This document shows, piece after piece, positions 25,859 to 36,467 of a DNA stretch of 64,000 nucleotides (positions are counted from its first letter, which is position 1; each line of letters starts with the position of its first letter). The stretch comes from Bispira polyomma (taxonomy: Eukaryota): positions 99,572,001 to 99,636,000 of the forward strand of contig OZ287751.1 in assembly GCA_965649765.1 (NCBI GenBank), in the 5' to 3' direction. The translations under genes and the position numbers were made by a program. Below the pieces are notes generated by a model that saw only the letters and a program-made list of their open reading frames with translations, had not been told where the DNA came from and did not search any database.

Positions 25859-26096
25859 GAGAGATTTATACTGACTTTCCTCTCTGGTTTCTAGAATTAG
25901 AATGACCAATATATGAAAAGCTGGGGCCAAACCCAGCTCAGCACATGGCTTTTATTACGTTTCATTGGTTGGGGCATTGTCACCTGTCTGGTTGTCACCC
26001 CATACAGTATTCTAGTATATTTGTGCTAACAGTAAAGGGTTATTATTTGGCGACTGAATTGTCATGCAATTGTTATATCATTTGCAGTGACTGTTA
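25859..26096 (-). repeat. Y3 split direct repeat A2 (238 bp)
   Basis: About 7 mismatches to 31503-31740 by eye. Confidence 0.95.
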
Positions 26097-26313
26097 CAGT
26101 CTCCCTTTCGTTAACCCAGCATTACACTTGAAATCTTTCCCGGGTCAGATTTGTCTGTCCCAGGTAAAGGTGATAATAACGTTAAGATTTTAGTGAAGTA
26201 GGAAGTAGATGTAGAAAGTCAGACGTTGGTTTGGGAAATTTATTTTACATATTTGATATATCACAACTTTACAAATTTTAAAGGATTTAAAACTTTTAAA
26301 ATTTTATGCCCAA
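26097..26313 (-). repeat. Y3 split direct repeat B1
   Basis: Lies immediately after the YR stop and abuts A2. Confidence 0.95.
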
Positions 26314-26324
26314 AAGCCAAAAGT

Positions 26325-27303
26325 TTAAATAGAAGAGGGGATAAGAGCCGCAAATGTGGAAGGGATAATTGAAGCTGCATGTGTTGTTGCCTCAAGGAAT
26401 TCCCAAACCACGTCTGACTTCCAACATCCATGTTTTTGAATATCTTGTAATTTTATATTTTGGTTGAAGGCTAGTAAGGCTCCTGATCGCCTAAAGCAGT
26501 GGAAGGAGTGACCTTGATGTGGGATTTGTAAGGAGGTCAGAATTCGTTTCAGTATTTCTCTGAGTCTAATGTCTGATACACATTTGCCTTCTATTCTGGG
26601 GTCAGCCAATAGAGGTGACATTGGAGAAAGAGGGTATTTTCCAATGAGAGAGGTCACTGCTTTCACTGGGCAGAACCAAGGATTTAGTAATTGTGGTAAT
26701 TGTATAATGTTTGGTTTAATCCTATTCTGATTTGTCTTTGACCACTTAATAATTACATGTAGTCCGGGTGATGCCATGATGACATCCGCCCTAGTAAGAT
26801 GTCTGGTAGGGTAAATTTTTTGTCCAGAAGTAGGTGTAAGATTTGATATTCTTAGGAAGCCATTGAATGCCATTAAAAAGGCTGTTCTATATAGTTCTGG
26901 AAATGGCAGTTTTTCACAAGCTTTTGATATGTCTTGTAACTGGTGCAGGTCAAAGATTCCTTTAATTTTGGTGAGTATGTGGAGGATAGTTCTAGTGACC
27001 TCAAGTACAATGCTATTCTGGGATCATTCAAACTTGTGTTGCCAATATTCAACAATTTGCAGTTATGTCTCACTGCTGATAGGTAGTTGTGGCTAACCTT
27101 ATATGATTTGACTGAATGTTGTAGAAATTCCAAAAAGGAAATGATTGAACTGAAGTTGAATGGTTCAACTAATTCATAGTATATGGTAAATGCAATATAA
27201 AGCCTGAATTGCTTATCGTTGGTTTTTCTAGTCTTTGGTCTGTGGCTTTTGGCCAATCTTTCTGTCGCCTGTCGCAGCAATGGTCTGATACTGTCTGGCA
27301 TGT
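26325..27303 (-). CDS. Y3 tyrosine recombinase (one frameshift near 26950)
   Basis: ORFs 26873-27301 and 26325-26873: AFNGFLRISNL (R), SKT (K), HSFHCFRRSGA (HxxR), HGCWKSDVVWEF; the catalytic Tyr appears replaced by Phe. Confidence 0.92.
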
Positions 27304-27368
27304 CTAAAATTAAAAAGTGTCGTCCATTATTAACATGCTAAGTGGAGTGTCTTTCATTATAAAGTTAT

Positions 27369-27839
27369 TTAGAATAAAGTCTTTACTTTGGTCTGTACAT
27401 TGATTTTGTCGTACCATCTAGAAAGAGTATCAGCCAGGACATTGTCCTTTCCCTTAATATGTTGTATGTCTAAGTCTATGTTTAATTTTGCACATATTAA
27501 CCACAAGTTTCTTAGACATAAAGCTAAATGACTGTCTTTAGTACGTGATGACTGCACCACTGATACCACTGCCATGTTATCAGCCATAATCCGTATTTTT
27601 TTATTTTCTAATTCTGTGCCCCACGTCTTAAGGGCTATAATAACGTCAATCATTTCAAAGTGTACTATCGATAAGCCGTCTTTTATAAATGCTGGAATAG
27701 GGGTTTTAAACACGTAATCATTATATACTCCTCCTATGCCAGTTAGGCAAGCGTCAACGTGTATGATGGCATTATGACTTCTCATGTCACCGTGATATTT
27801 TACTGTACCATTAAATTGTGCTAAAACTTTACAAACCAT
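27369..27839 (-). CDS. Y3 RNase H domain (frameshifted from RT)
   Basis: HVDACLTGIGG, HFEM, ADNMAVV, HIKGKDNVLADTLSRW. Confidence 0.92.
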   Translation of the reverse strand: MVCKVLAQFNGTVKYHGDMRSHNAIIHVDACLTGIGGVYNDYVFKTPIPAFIKDGLSIVHFEMIDVIIALKTWGTELENKKIRIMADNMAVVSVVQSSRTKDSHLALCLRNLWLICAKLNIDLDIQHIKGKDNVLADTLSRWYDKINVQTKVKTLF

Positions 27840-28900
27840 TGCAAATCTTTATGAAAATCATTGGTCAATGTAACAAATTTATTGCTAGTTGAAGTTCGCA
27901 AAAGGGCTAGCATTCTGTTTAGAAATATGCGAGATGGCTTTATGCATCTATAGACATAAAGAAGTTTGCCAAGTAATGATTGGTATTTGTTTTTCTTCAC
28001 TTTACTTAAGGTTGTAAATTCTATGCAAATTGCTATGATCGAATTTAATTTTTCTTCATCAATACTTATTGTCTGCTCGTCTATATCTATAGTTATGCCC
28101 ATACACGTGACACACTTTCCTGGTTGGACCAGTTTTTTCCCATTAAAGGGTAGACCTAGATCGTGGAGTATTTGCTGTAGTGTTTGGTAAGCTAACTCTG
28201 CCTTATCTTCCTGCTCACAGATAATAAAATCGTCGATGTAGTTAAAGATGCAGAACCCTTTCTGCTTAAGAATATAAGTCACTGCGTCCGAAATTTTTAT
28301 AAAAATCACCGAGCCGTGGGTGAGGCCAAAAATTAGACTTAAATCGATGTACCACTTATTATTCCAATAGTATCCGAGTTTTAAGCAGTCAAAAGGATCA
28401 ATCCGGATATTCCTAAATGCATGCGCGACGTCCACTTTCGCCAATGTCACCTTGTCACCTAATGTCAGTAGTTTCGAAGTAATTTGGTCTAAAGTGGGTA
28501 ATCTTAAAACAAAGTCTATATTGTCATATTTATTCTTAAGTGTATGGTCATTGACAGATGCACCTTGTGGATGAGACAAGTTCAGTATCAATCTTCGCTG
28601 GTCTATATCCTTAGGACGTGTTAATAATGGGGAACAATGGAAGTCGTCATGTATGACGTCACTTATAGGACCAATTATAGTTCCCTTGTTAACTTCGTCT
28701 AGAAAGTACTTGTCAATTGTGTCTGGGTATATTTTTGCAAAATAGTGGTTTTTAATCACCTGTGTGTTAAGTCTATTCCTATCATAGAGGGATATGAGGA
28801 AACCAAATTCGATGTAAGTCACCAAGGACTTATCATAATAGTCTGTTAGGTAGTGTTTCCATGCGTCAATATTAAGGTTTGATTTAATTGGTATTCTGGC
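27821..28900 (-). CDS. Y3 reverse transcriptase
   Basis: ORF 27821-28825: SPLLTRPK, KVDVAHAFRNI, LIFG, YIDDF, CMGITID, QSLLGKL. Confidence 0.95.
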   Translation of the reverse strand, partial: ARIPIKSNLNIDAWKHYLTDYYDKSLVTYIEFGFLISLYDRNRLNTQVIKNHYFAKIYPDTIDKYFLDEVNKGTIIGPISDVIHDDFHCSPLLTRPKDIDQRRLILNLSHPQGASVNDHTLKNKYDNIDFVLRLPTLDQITSKLLTLGDKVTLAKVDVAHAFRNIRIDPFDCLKLGYYWNNKWYIDLSLIFGLTHGSVIFIKISDAVTYILKQKGFCIFNYIDDFIICEQEDKAELAYQTLQQILHDLGLPFNGKKLVQPGKCVTCMGITIDIDEQTISIDEEKLNSIIAICIEFTTLSKVKKNKYQSLLGKLLYVYRCIKPSRIFLNRMLALLRTSTSNKFVTLTNDFHKDLQWFVKF

Positions 28901-28912
28901 TGCTTTATAATT

Positions 28913-29926
28913 CTAGATACCTGTCTCCTTTATAATGTCAGCTATGTGTGTCAATTTTTCATAAGTATCTATATTTACTGGCTGTCTATCTGGGCCAATA
29001 AAAGTAGGGTCCTTTACAGTATGAGGTATGAATCCATACAGTCTGTCATCTACATGGTGTATTTGTCCCGAGTCCAAGTCCTGAGTATCCCTTAAATGTT
29101 GTTCAATATGAATATCTACAACGTCCTGTTTCAATGTTTGCTGTATCTGTATGTTATCATTACTTTGTGTGTTTATCTGTTTGTTTTGTTGTGTATCTTT
29201 AATAGGTGATACCCATTGCATATTTTGTTGCTTACATAATTTATCTATAATTGCAATGTAGTAGCTTGCCTTACTTATTTTTGTACGGCAATGTGTGTTC
29301 TTAGCCAAAGTTGTTGTTTGATTTAATCTGTGTGTGTTCTTGGCTAAATGCTTGTTTTTTGTCAGTTTGTAAGTTTGTATGTATATTTTTGTTGTTTGTA
29401 AAAATTGTACGGGCCATATGTGGTCCAAAGTATGGGTATTTTTACACCACTGAGTACTACCATTAATATTCATTAATGAGTAGACTCCTGAAAATTTTGT
29501 ATCTGTTTTAGACACTAAGTAGTATAGCATATCAGTATCACAATGACCCCATCTTGTGGAGGCATATATGTCTACATTATGATAACTATATAACAGGTTG
29601 TTAGCACATGCAAGACTGAGGTTAGGTACAATGTTCTCATGTGTGACATCTGTCATATCTTTAAAATTTACAATATTATTGACATTATTTACATCATAAT
29701 ATACTTGATGAGAAAAGTTCCCATCACTTGCTAACATTTCCTTGCCTTTATGTAAAATGTTGGCATTGTCATTTTTGGTATTAACACTATGTTCTGAAAT
29801 GCAAATTTTTAACTCGAAGTCATTCCCTTTGTCTAAATTGCTAGAATTTATAACTTTTACATTCGTCTCTACAACATTATAATTTCGGCTTTTAGAATGG
29901 TACACTTGAACACTGGTGTTTTCCAT
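28913..29926 (-). CDS. Y3 pol N-terminal extension of unknown function
   Basis: 337-aa ORF in the same frame as RT, separated by one TAG at 28913; ends with YGFIP, a motif shared with other copies (YGFVPL in Y7). Confidence 0.7.
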   Translation of the reverse strand: MENTSVQVYHSKSRNYNVVETNVKVINSSNLDKGNDFELKICISEHSVNTKNDNANILHKGKEMLASDGNFSHQVYYDVNNVNNIVNFKDMTDVTHENIVPNLSLACANNLLYSYHNVDIYASTRWGHCDTDMLYYLVSKTDTKFSGVYSLMNINGSTQWCKNTHTLDHIWPVQFLQTTKIYIQTYKLTKNKHLAKNTHRLNQTTTLAKNTHCRTKISKASYYIAIIDKLCKQQNMQWVSPIKDTQQNKQINTQSNDNIQIQQTLKQDVVDIHIEQHLRDTQDLDSGQIHHVDDRLYGFIPHTVKDPTFIGPDRQPVNIDTYEKLTHIADIIKETGI

Positions 29927-31320
29927 GTGAGTGGTACTTGTGTGCAGTCCGTCTCCCTATGTACTTGGTGTAGTGGTTGGCTTGTCATGCAGGGTGCTTC
30001 TGGATGTGGGTTCGATTTCTTTGTTGTTTTATAACAGTGGGCACATATATGCTTATAGAAGACAGATCCGTTGTCATGGTCAGCCTTGTGGGTACATTGG
30101 TTCTTTTTGAAGTGCTTACAAGGTACTTCATTTCTGTGAGAACTCGACTCCTGTGTGCCAGGGACTGTGTGTGAGATCAACGCTTGTGAGTACGATAATC
30201 GATTTATGCTCCATTTTGCTTCTTCTGCCCAGCTTAAGTGGCCCCCTTTGACGTTGTGCATGTTATGCACGTATGCCCCCCTCGCCACAGGCCAAGATAT
30301 GTTAGCGACGTCTTTTAAAGTATACGAGAGCTGACGTAGCATGGACTGTGCTATCAACTGGTTATTTGTTTCTAATATGTTCTGAATTTGCCCAGCTGCA
30401 AACTGGGCAACTGATAACTCATCATAAGCAATACGTTTCTTATGTAACCCTGTAAGGCAGCCCTCGTTGGGCCATCTCATGGTGGAATCAGAGGTGCAGA
30501 TTTCGGATACGCTGTATCGCCCAAATTTCTTTTTAAAGTTAACTTTACCAGTGAACTGTTCCCCCGTGGCCCATGCCTCGTACTGCGCCAATCTCTGGTT
30601 CACCTGGTTCTGTATTAAGTTGGACTGTCTCAGTACGTCTGCAGTCGGAGTAATGGAGTCGCTAACGTGGAGTTGCTGTGATCCAGCTGTAAAAGCTGTG
30701 GGCGCGTTCGGGTGATAACCTTGCCTTTCCTGTGCTGAAGCAGGGGTGGGTAATAATGACACTTCCCCTGGTGTGGTAAAATTCCTTATACACGCGTCCT
30801 GTCGTGGGGTGGGTAAAAGAGACACTCCCCCAAATCCTAAAATTCCTCCCTGTTGTATATCATAAGAAGACGAACCTGGTTCTGCTGTCATCTGACGTGG
30901 AGCAGGGTTTGGCTGCGTTTGCGTTGCTGTAGCTGGTTGTGAGTTCGGTTCTAACGCGGATCGTGTGTAAGCAACTTCTAAATGCGCCATCCTATCCCGC
31001 TGACTGTCATTCTGTTTTATATCAGAAATGTCTTTTTTAAGTTCATTAACAGTGGTCACTAACGAATCCATTGTATCTTGATGCCTTTGAAAGAGCTCCC
31101 TATAAAAATTGTCATTACTTACACTGTCTGTAACCGTAAAGCCATGTGTCTGTGCCTTCTCTGGCGTGACTTGGTTGCTGGCCCCCATGCCGAGGGATTC
31201 CGGTGAGAAGCAATCCTCTATTTGATGGCTACATCTCAGGCCAACAGGCCTTGGGTGTCGTATTCTACAGTGTGAGCAATCTGCAAGTGATTCCTGAGCA
31301 CGTTTTTTTCCTCTTCCCAT
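29869..31320 (-). CDS. Y3 gag-like ORF1
   Basis: 483 aa; N-terminal CSHCRIRHPRPVGLRC finger, coiled coil, C-terminal CKHF..C..H..HICAHC..H...C finger. Confidence 0.88.
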   Translation of the reverse strand: MGRGKKRAQESLADCSHCRIRHPRPVGLRCSHQIEDCFSPESLGMGASNQVTPEKAQTHGFTVTDSVSNDNFYRELFQRHQDTMDSLVTTVNELKKDISDIKQNDSQRDRMAHLEVAYTRSALEPNSQPATATQTQPNPAPRQMTAEPGSSSYDIQQGGILGFGGVSLLPTPRQDACIRNFTTPGEVSLLPTPASAQERQGYHPNAPTAFTAGSQQLHVSDSITPTADVLRQSNLIQNQVNQRLAQYEAWATGEQFTGKVNFKKKFGRYSVSEICTSDSTMRWPNEGCLTGLHKKRIAYDELSVAQFAAGQIQNILETNNQLIAQSMLRQLSYTLKDVANISWPVARGAYVHNMHNVKGGHLSWAEEAKWSINRLSYSQALISHTVPGTQESSSHRNEVPCKHFKKNQCTHKADHDNGSVFYKHICAHCYKTTKKSNPHPEAPCMTSQPLHQVHRETDCTQVPLTWKTPVFKCTILKAEIIML

Positions 31321-31502
31321 TGTAAGGGATTTTCACTTTTTCATGTGCACTATGTGATGTATATAAACGTCCTCAACACAAAACCACCATAAAAGTATAA
31401 AATTTTAAGCTAAAAACACTTTAACTTCTAAAATTTAATTTCATAAAATATTTTCCAAGTTTTTTTCAATATGGCCGCTATTTAAAAAGGCCTGCATGTG
31501 TA

Positions 31503-31740
31503 GAGAGATTTATACTGACTTTCCTCTCTGGTTTCTAGAATTAGAATGACCAGTATATGAAAGGCTGGGACCAAACCCAGCTTAGCACATGGCTTTTATC
31601 ACGTTTCATTGGTTGGGGCATTGTCACCTGTCTGGTTGTCACCCCATACAGTATTCTAGTATATTTGTGCTTACAGTAAAGGGTTATTATTTGGCGACTG
31701 AATTGTCATGCAATTGTTGTATCATTTGCAGTGACTGTTA
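31503..31740 (-). repeat. Y3 split direct repeat A1 (5' terminus, contains CCAAT)
   Basis: Begins TAACAGTCACTGC on the minus strand; AACCAATG present. Confidence 0.95.
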
Positions 31741-33669
31741 AAGTGATATTTGGCACTGTTGCACTAATTGAGCATCAAATATTTAAAGGTGTTTTTAGGA
31801 TTTTACAGTCGGAGGACCAGCCTTAAAACACATTTGTTGAAGTGTGTTGAAAGTACCAAAATATTTACCCTAAAAAAAAGTTTTTAAAATGACAAAATTC
31901 TCAAAATTTTACCTTTAGTGTCTTAAGATATCGAAGAATATACCTAGATATTTTAGATCTGTGCTGAAAGCTTTACTAAACAGAGTGATAACTCAATTAT
32001 TTCCTTGGTCAGAACATATATATATGAGGAATTTAAGTTTACGTTAAACACTTCAATACAGCCCCAGTTTAAAGTCAAAAATACAATAAAACCTATACTA
32101 TTGGGACAATAATATGTTGTTCTGTTAAACAAAGAGGTTTCATCAAATGGGGAAGGGGTTGCTGTATAAACAATTTGAATCAAACAAATATTCATGTTAA
32201 TAGAAAATTACTACTAAATTGACTTCTCTAGGATTATATACGACTTACAGAAGTAAAATGTAGTACTACTGTACCAACGGGTGACATGTGCTGGTAATAC
32301 TCAATGAACTGGCTCTCTATTGAGATGATAAACTGGTGCCCTAATACTTAATAGACCACAAGCTCAACTCACTTTCATGCTGAAATCTTAAGTACACATA
32401 TCTCCAGCTAGAGTGATATTAGGTCAAATCTGACTGCATATTTGAATTCTGAGATGAAAGCTCTATTAAAATGAATGATCACAAGTATAGGTTACTTTAA
32501 TGTACAAGGACTTCTACATTGACTTTCTGTGAGTTCAGTTAGGGCTTGAGTTATGCAGGGCCCCTGTCCATTAATTGTTTCCATGTGCAACAGAGTGACA
32601 ACTTTATACACCCACACAATGGCCAGCACTGTGTGTGAAAAAACCCCACTAGAGTTAATCATTTTATGGTTAGCCGAAGTGGGGATCCATATAGTATTAT
32701 GTTCCTTTTGCATGTGAGTTTGGGGTTTGAGATTTGTCTTTAACTTTAAATAAAATTTCATGAATAGGAAACTTTTTACTGAATTAGAGAAATTTAATAC
32801 ACATCAATTTAAAATGTAAGGTAAAGTGTATAGATAACAGTAATATAACTTAAGTTTCATTTGTTTACCCTCATTTAACTGGTGTTAATAGATTACCCTA
32901 GGTTTGTGAAGTCATGTCCCCCCAAACGGTAATATCCAGTCGCCCAGTACTCTTGAGAAACACTATAAAACCCGGTTTGATACAGGGTATAGTCATTTAT
33001 TTGCCTCAAGGGATATAATACAAATTAAGATGAACCAAATGGTACTTCAGCCAAACACCTTCAGCAAAATTGTATATTCGGTCAGCTTTGACGACTTCAA
33101 GTTTATATTTTCAAAAGTAATTTTCACATTACTGCAAAAGACAAATCAATATTTAGAGAACAACACATGCCAAAGTATGATATACAGTAATTGTTACCAC
33201 AATTAGAGGCTTAGGAAAATTGGTCGGTCAAAATTACTTTAAATAAGTTCGGTCATGTGTTCATAGTCGAAAATAACAAATTTTCTACTGTATTCCAATA
33301 TTCTACTGTATTTATTGGAATATTATATGTTACTGGATAAGCTATTTTCTTTTATCATCAATCCTACGGATGAAAATGGTCCATGTTTATATAATCAATT
33401 TTACCGAAGCCTTTGGCCAATCAGAATCGCTGACACAGCCGCGTCATGGTAGAATAGGACATAACTATATACTATTTGGCCACAGATTGACTTTTTCATT
33501 TTTTGTTCTTTCCAATGCACCAGTATCACTACAGAGTTATACTATAGTTATAATGTTTGTCCAAAATAGTACCATATCATCACGTTAGTAACTTTTCAAA
33601 ATTCCCTTTAGCCTAAAAAACACCAAATTCAAATATTGAAAAACATATTTTACATAAAACCTTGTCCCA

Positions 33670-33839
33670 TGTGAAGTTACCTCAACTTGTTAATCTTAAA
33701 TGTATGCTCTATTTAGGCTTTTTAAGGTCATCTTAAGTTCATGCTTATTTAAGTGGTTTTTACTGTAGATATATTAGGGTTCTATATAGAAGTAGAGCAT
33801 ATACCTGTACCCTCTCTGCGCTCATCACTGTAGGAACTG
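33670..33839 (+). mobile_element. Probable solo 3' end of an array-type YR element
   Basis: GAAGTTACCTCAA, TTAAGGTCATCTTAA, and terminus CACTGTAGGAACTG resembling Y7 CACTGGTAGGGCACTG. Confidence 0.5.
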
Positions 33840-34334
33840 ATCAACTGGTGGCGGAAACCAGTGCCACACCACAGCCTCTACTATATCATCTTGTATTATC
33901 TGTAAATTCAAATCTATAAATTTTATTTCTTTGATATTTGAACTACAATACCACTATTTTAAGAATATTAAATTATCCAAATTAATAATCACTCTCCCAA
34001 TATATTCTGAGAATAGAGTGTGGGGTATACCCACAGGGGTAGCTAGTTCAGTGCTTAACAGTCTTTTCTTTAACTTACCTGTCACGGGTCATGACCTATG
34101 AACCCCTCTTCTAATTTGTCAGTTTGTACTAATTGACCTAAGTTTTCCCGCTCTTTCTTAGAACCCTCACTTTTTATATTGAAGTCAAGCAGGCAACACC
34201 GCCATTTTTAAATATATTTTACTTATGTTTTTGACTGTTTTATTTTTACAAGTTATGAGTGATTTTATGTTGGACTTACCCAAAGGACATCTCAACTAAC
34301 TTATTGCATGGTGTTACATCTTAAAGGAAGAACC

Positions 34335-36250
34335 ATGATGTCGTGAATATCAATGGACGGCTTGTAAAAATTTGCGTAAATATTTTTAGAAAAGAGTCAA
34401 AAATTACTATCTTATGCCGTTTTTTTTCGTAGGAGATCTACAAAGTTATGTTATTTAGGTGTTACTGATCACTTCTTTGTCATTATAGACATTTATACTG
34501 ATACCCTCGTGCTGTTTCAGCTGTCTGTCACTGTTAAAAATTAAATTATCGCCCACTCCATTTGGCGGGAGTACTATTGATCACTTCATTTTTACAGTCT
34601 TTTTTATATTTGTCAATGTAAATAATTTATAGGTGTTACTGATCACTTCTTTGTTCATTATAGCCATTTATACTGATTCCTCGTGCTGTTTCAGCTGTCC
34701 CTTTATATCTGTCACTGTTAACAATTATATTACGCCCACTCCGCTTGGTGGGAGTGCTATTGATCGCTTCAATTTTAGAGTCTTCTTTATATCCGCCACT
34801 GTTAATAATTATATTATCTCCCTAAATTGTATGAATGTGAATTCTATAACCGTTTTTTATTTTTATTTTTTTTTACTATACTGGCGACCACTCTGTTTAG
34901 TCGGGAGTGCTGGTTGTGTCTGAATTTTTTAGTTGTTTTCTTGAATTTTTTCCCACCAAATTTTATACCATATTATTGCTCACTCCACTTGGTCAGATGT
35001 GCTGTCGAGTTTTTTTACAGAATTCTATTACTGTTTTTTTCTGGGCTGTACTGGCGTCCACTCTGGTTGGTCGGGAGTGCTGTGTTGTGTTTGAATTTTC
35101 TGAGCTGTTTCTTGAATTCTACTTCTGGTAAATTAATTGGACATAGTAATATTAACTACACAGTTCTCTAGAGCTGTTTCTTAAATCTGGTTTTTCTATT
35201 TTTTTGGCTGTATCACTTCTTGAGTATTTGTTCAAACTATGCACCTACTATATGTTTTTGGTGTGATGGTCCTTATCTGGATCTGATCTGTCACGGCCGA
35301 AGATGAGTCGCCGTTACCATATAAACCCTGGATACAACCCTCTTTAATTTCTTCTCTTCACAGAGCTCATGTGGCCATTCTCTGCCAGAGGAAAAATTCA
35401 TATTTCTCAAACAAAGCTCCACATATTTTTTCATTCTGGTCATTTTTTTTTGCTGTCCTTGTCTAGTGACATCCAGGTAAATCCTGGCCCTAAATGCTTT
35501 ATTAAAAAGGCAATTTGGGCAATCTGTGAAGAAGATACTTCATAAAGTTACAGATCCGGTTCTTGACTTTTTCCCTGCTACTCTCCTTGGTAACACCACT
35601 GTTCCCGCTGACAGTGCAAAGAACCTAGGAGTTACTTTTGACTCTGACTTCTTCAAAAAACATGTCTCGAATATTTGTCGTTCCTGCTACGGCAACATCC
35701 GTGACTTTCACAGAATTTGACGTCATTTAACCTAAGAAAATGCCATTGCAGTGGCAAATGCCCTGGTATCAAGTCGACTAGATTACTGTAAGTCACTACT
35801 TTATGGAATTGGAAAGGGCCGAATAAGCAAACTACAAAAAATACAAAATAACCTGTGCAGAATAGTAAGCCTTGCTGGCCCTCGCACTCACAATACTCCC
35901 CTGCTGAAACAATTACATTGGTTACCTATTGAGTTTCATATTAAATTTAAGGTAATTGTCCTTATTTCACAAGAGGCAATCGTCTCTCCACCTCTGGTTT
36001 CCTACCAAAAAACAAGCTGGTTCAAAATCATTCTTAGTTACAGCACCTGCTGAGTGGAATAGCCTCCATACCAGTCTTTGGACTGAGACGAGCATCATGG
36101 GTTTCAGAAAAAGGCTCAAAACACATCTGTATCAGCTCGCTTTTCCACCCTAGCTTGCGTCCGATGGTCACGACTGATTCTCTGATCACAAACCACAGAG
36201 GATGCATGGTCAACAATTGTCACTCTATAAAAGTAAAAACATTAACATTA
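34335..36250 (+). mobile_element. Internally deleted L2 LINE inserted in the Y4 leader
   Basis: Repetitive 5' region, DIQVNPGP at 35468-35491, then directly the RT C-terminus (KNLGVTFDSD, SRLDYC, LHWLP, LKTHLYQLAFPP) and an (ACATTA)n tail. The 5' boundary is approximate. Confidence 0.8.
34457..35200 (+). repeat. Tandem monomers of about 170 bp (built from ~85-bp subunits) upstream of the L2 coding remnant
   Basis: AGGTGTTACTGATCACTTCTTTG at 34457 and 34631; TACTGGCG.CCACTCTG at ~34879 and ~35049; recurring CCACTC..TTGG..GGGAGTGCT. Confidence 0.8.
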
Positions 36251-36467
36251 AGAAACGTGGAATCACTGCTGCTGTATATATGTCGACTCACACTTTTGAG
36301 TCTTGTGAATATATGCTCGTTAGAGCTATAGTAAAGGGACGTATCAATTTTTAAAATCAGTCCAAGTTTGGCTATTTGTTTACATATTTCAGCTAAAATT
36401 TCACGTTCCAATCACATATATATTCACAAGTATCAAAGATCAGGGTATATTTCTTTAGTCAGAGGCC

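Larger units (their letters stand above)
25248..31740 (-). mobile_element. Y3: essentially complete Ngaro-type YR retrotransposon with split direct repeats A1-ORFs-B1-A2-spacer-B2
   Basis: A1 31503-31740 = A2 25859-26096; B1 26097-26313 = B2 25248-25464; gag, RT, RNase H and YR in order with few disruptions. Confidence 0.96.

Noticed and set aside
27305-27368. DIRS1-type adenine methyltransferase domain after RNase H
   Set aside because: There is no room and no motif: YR begins about 65 bp after RNase H ends.
26325-31320. Prophage or bacterial integrase/retron system
   Set aside because: The gag-RT-RNase H-YR order with split direct repeats is diagnostic of eukaryotic Ngaro-type retrotransposons.
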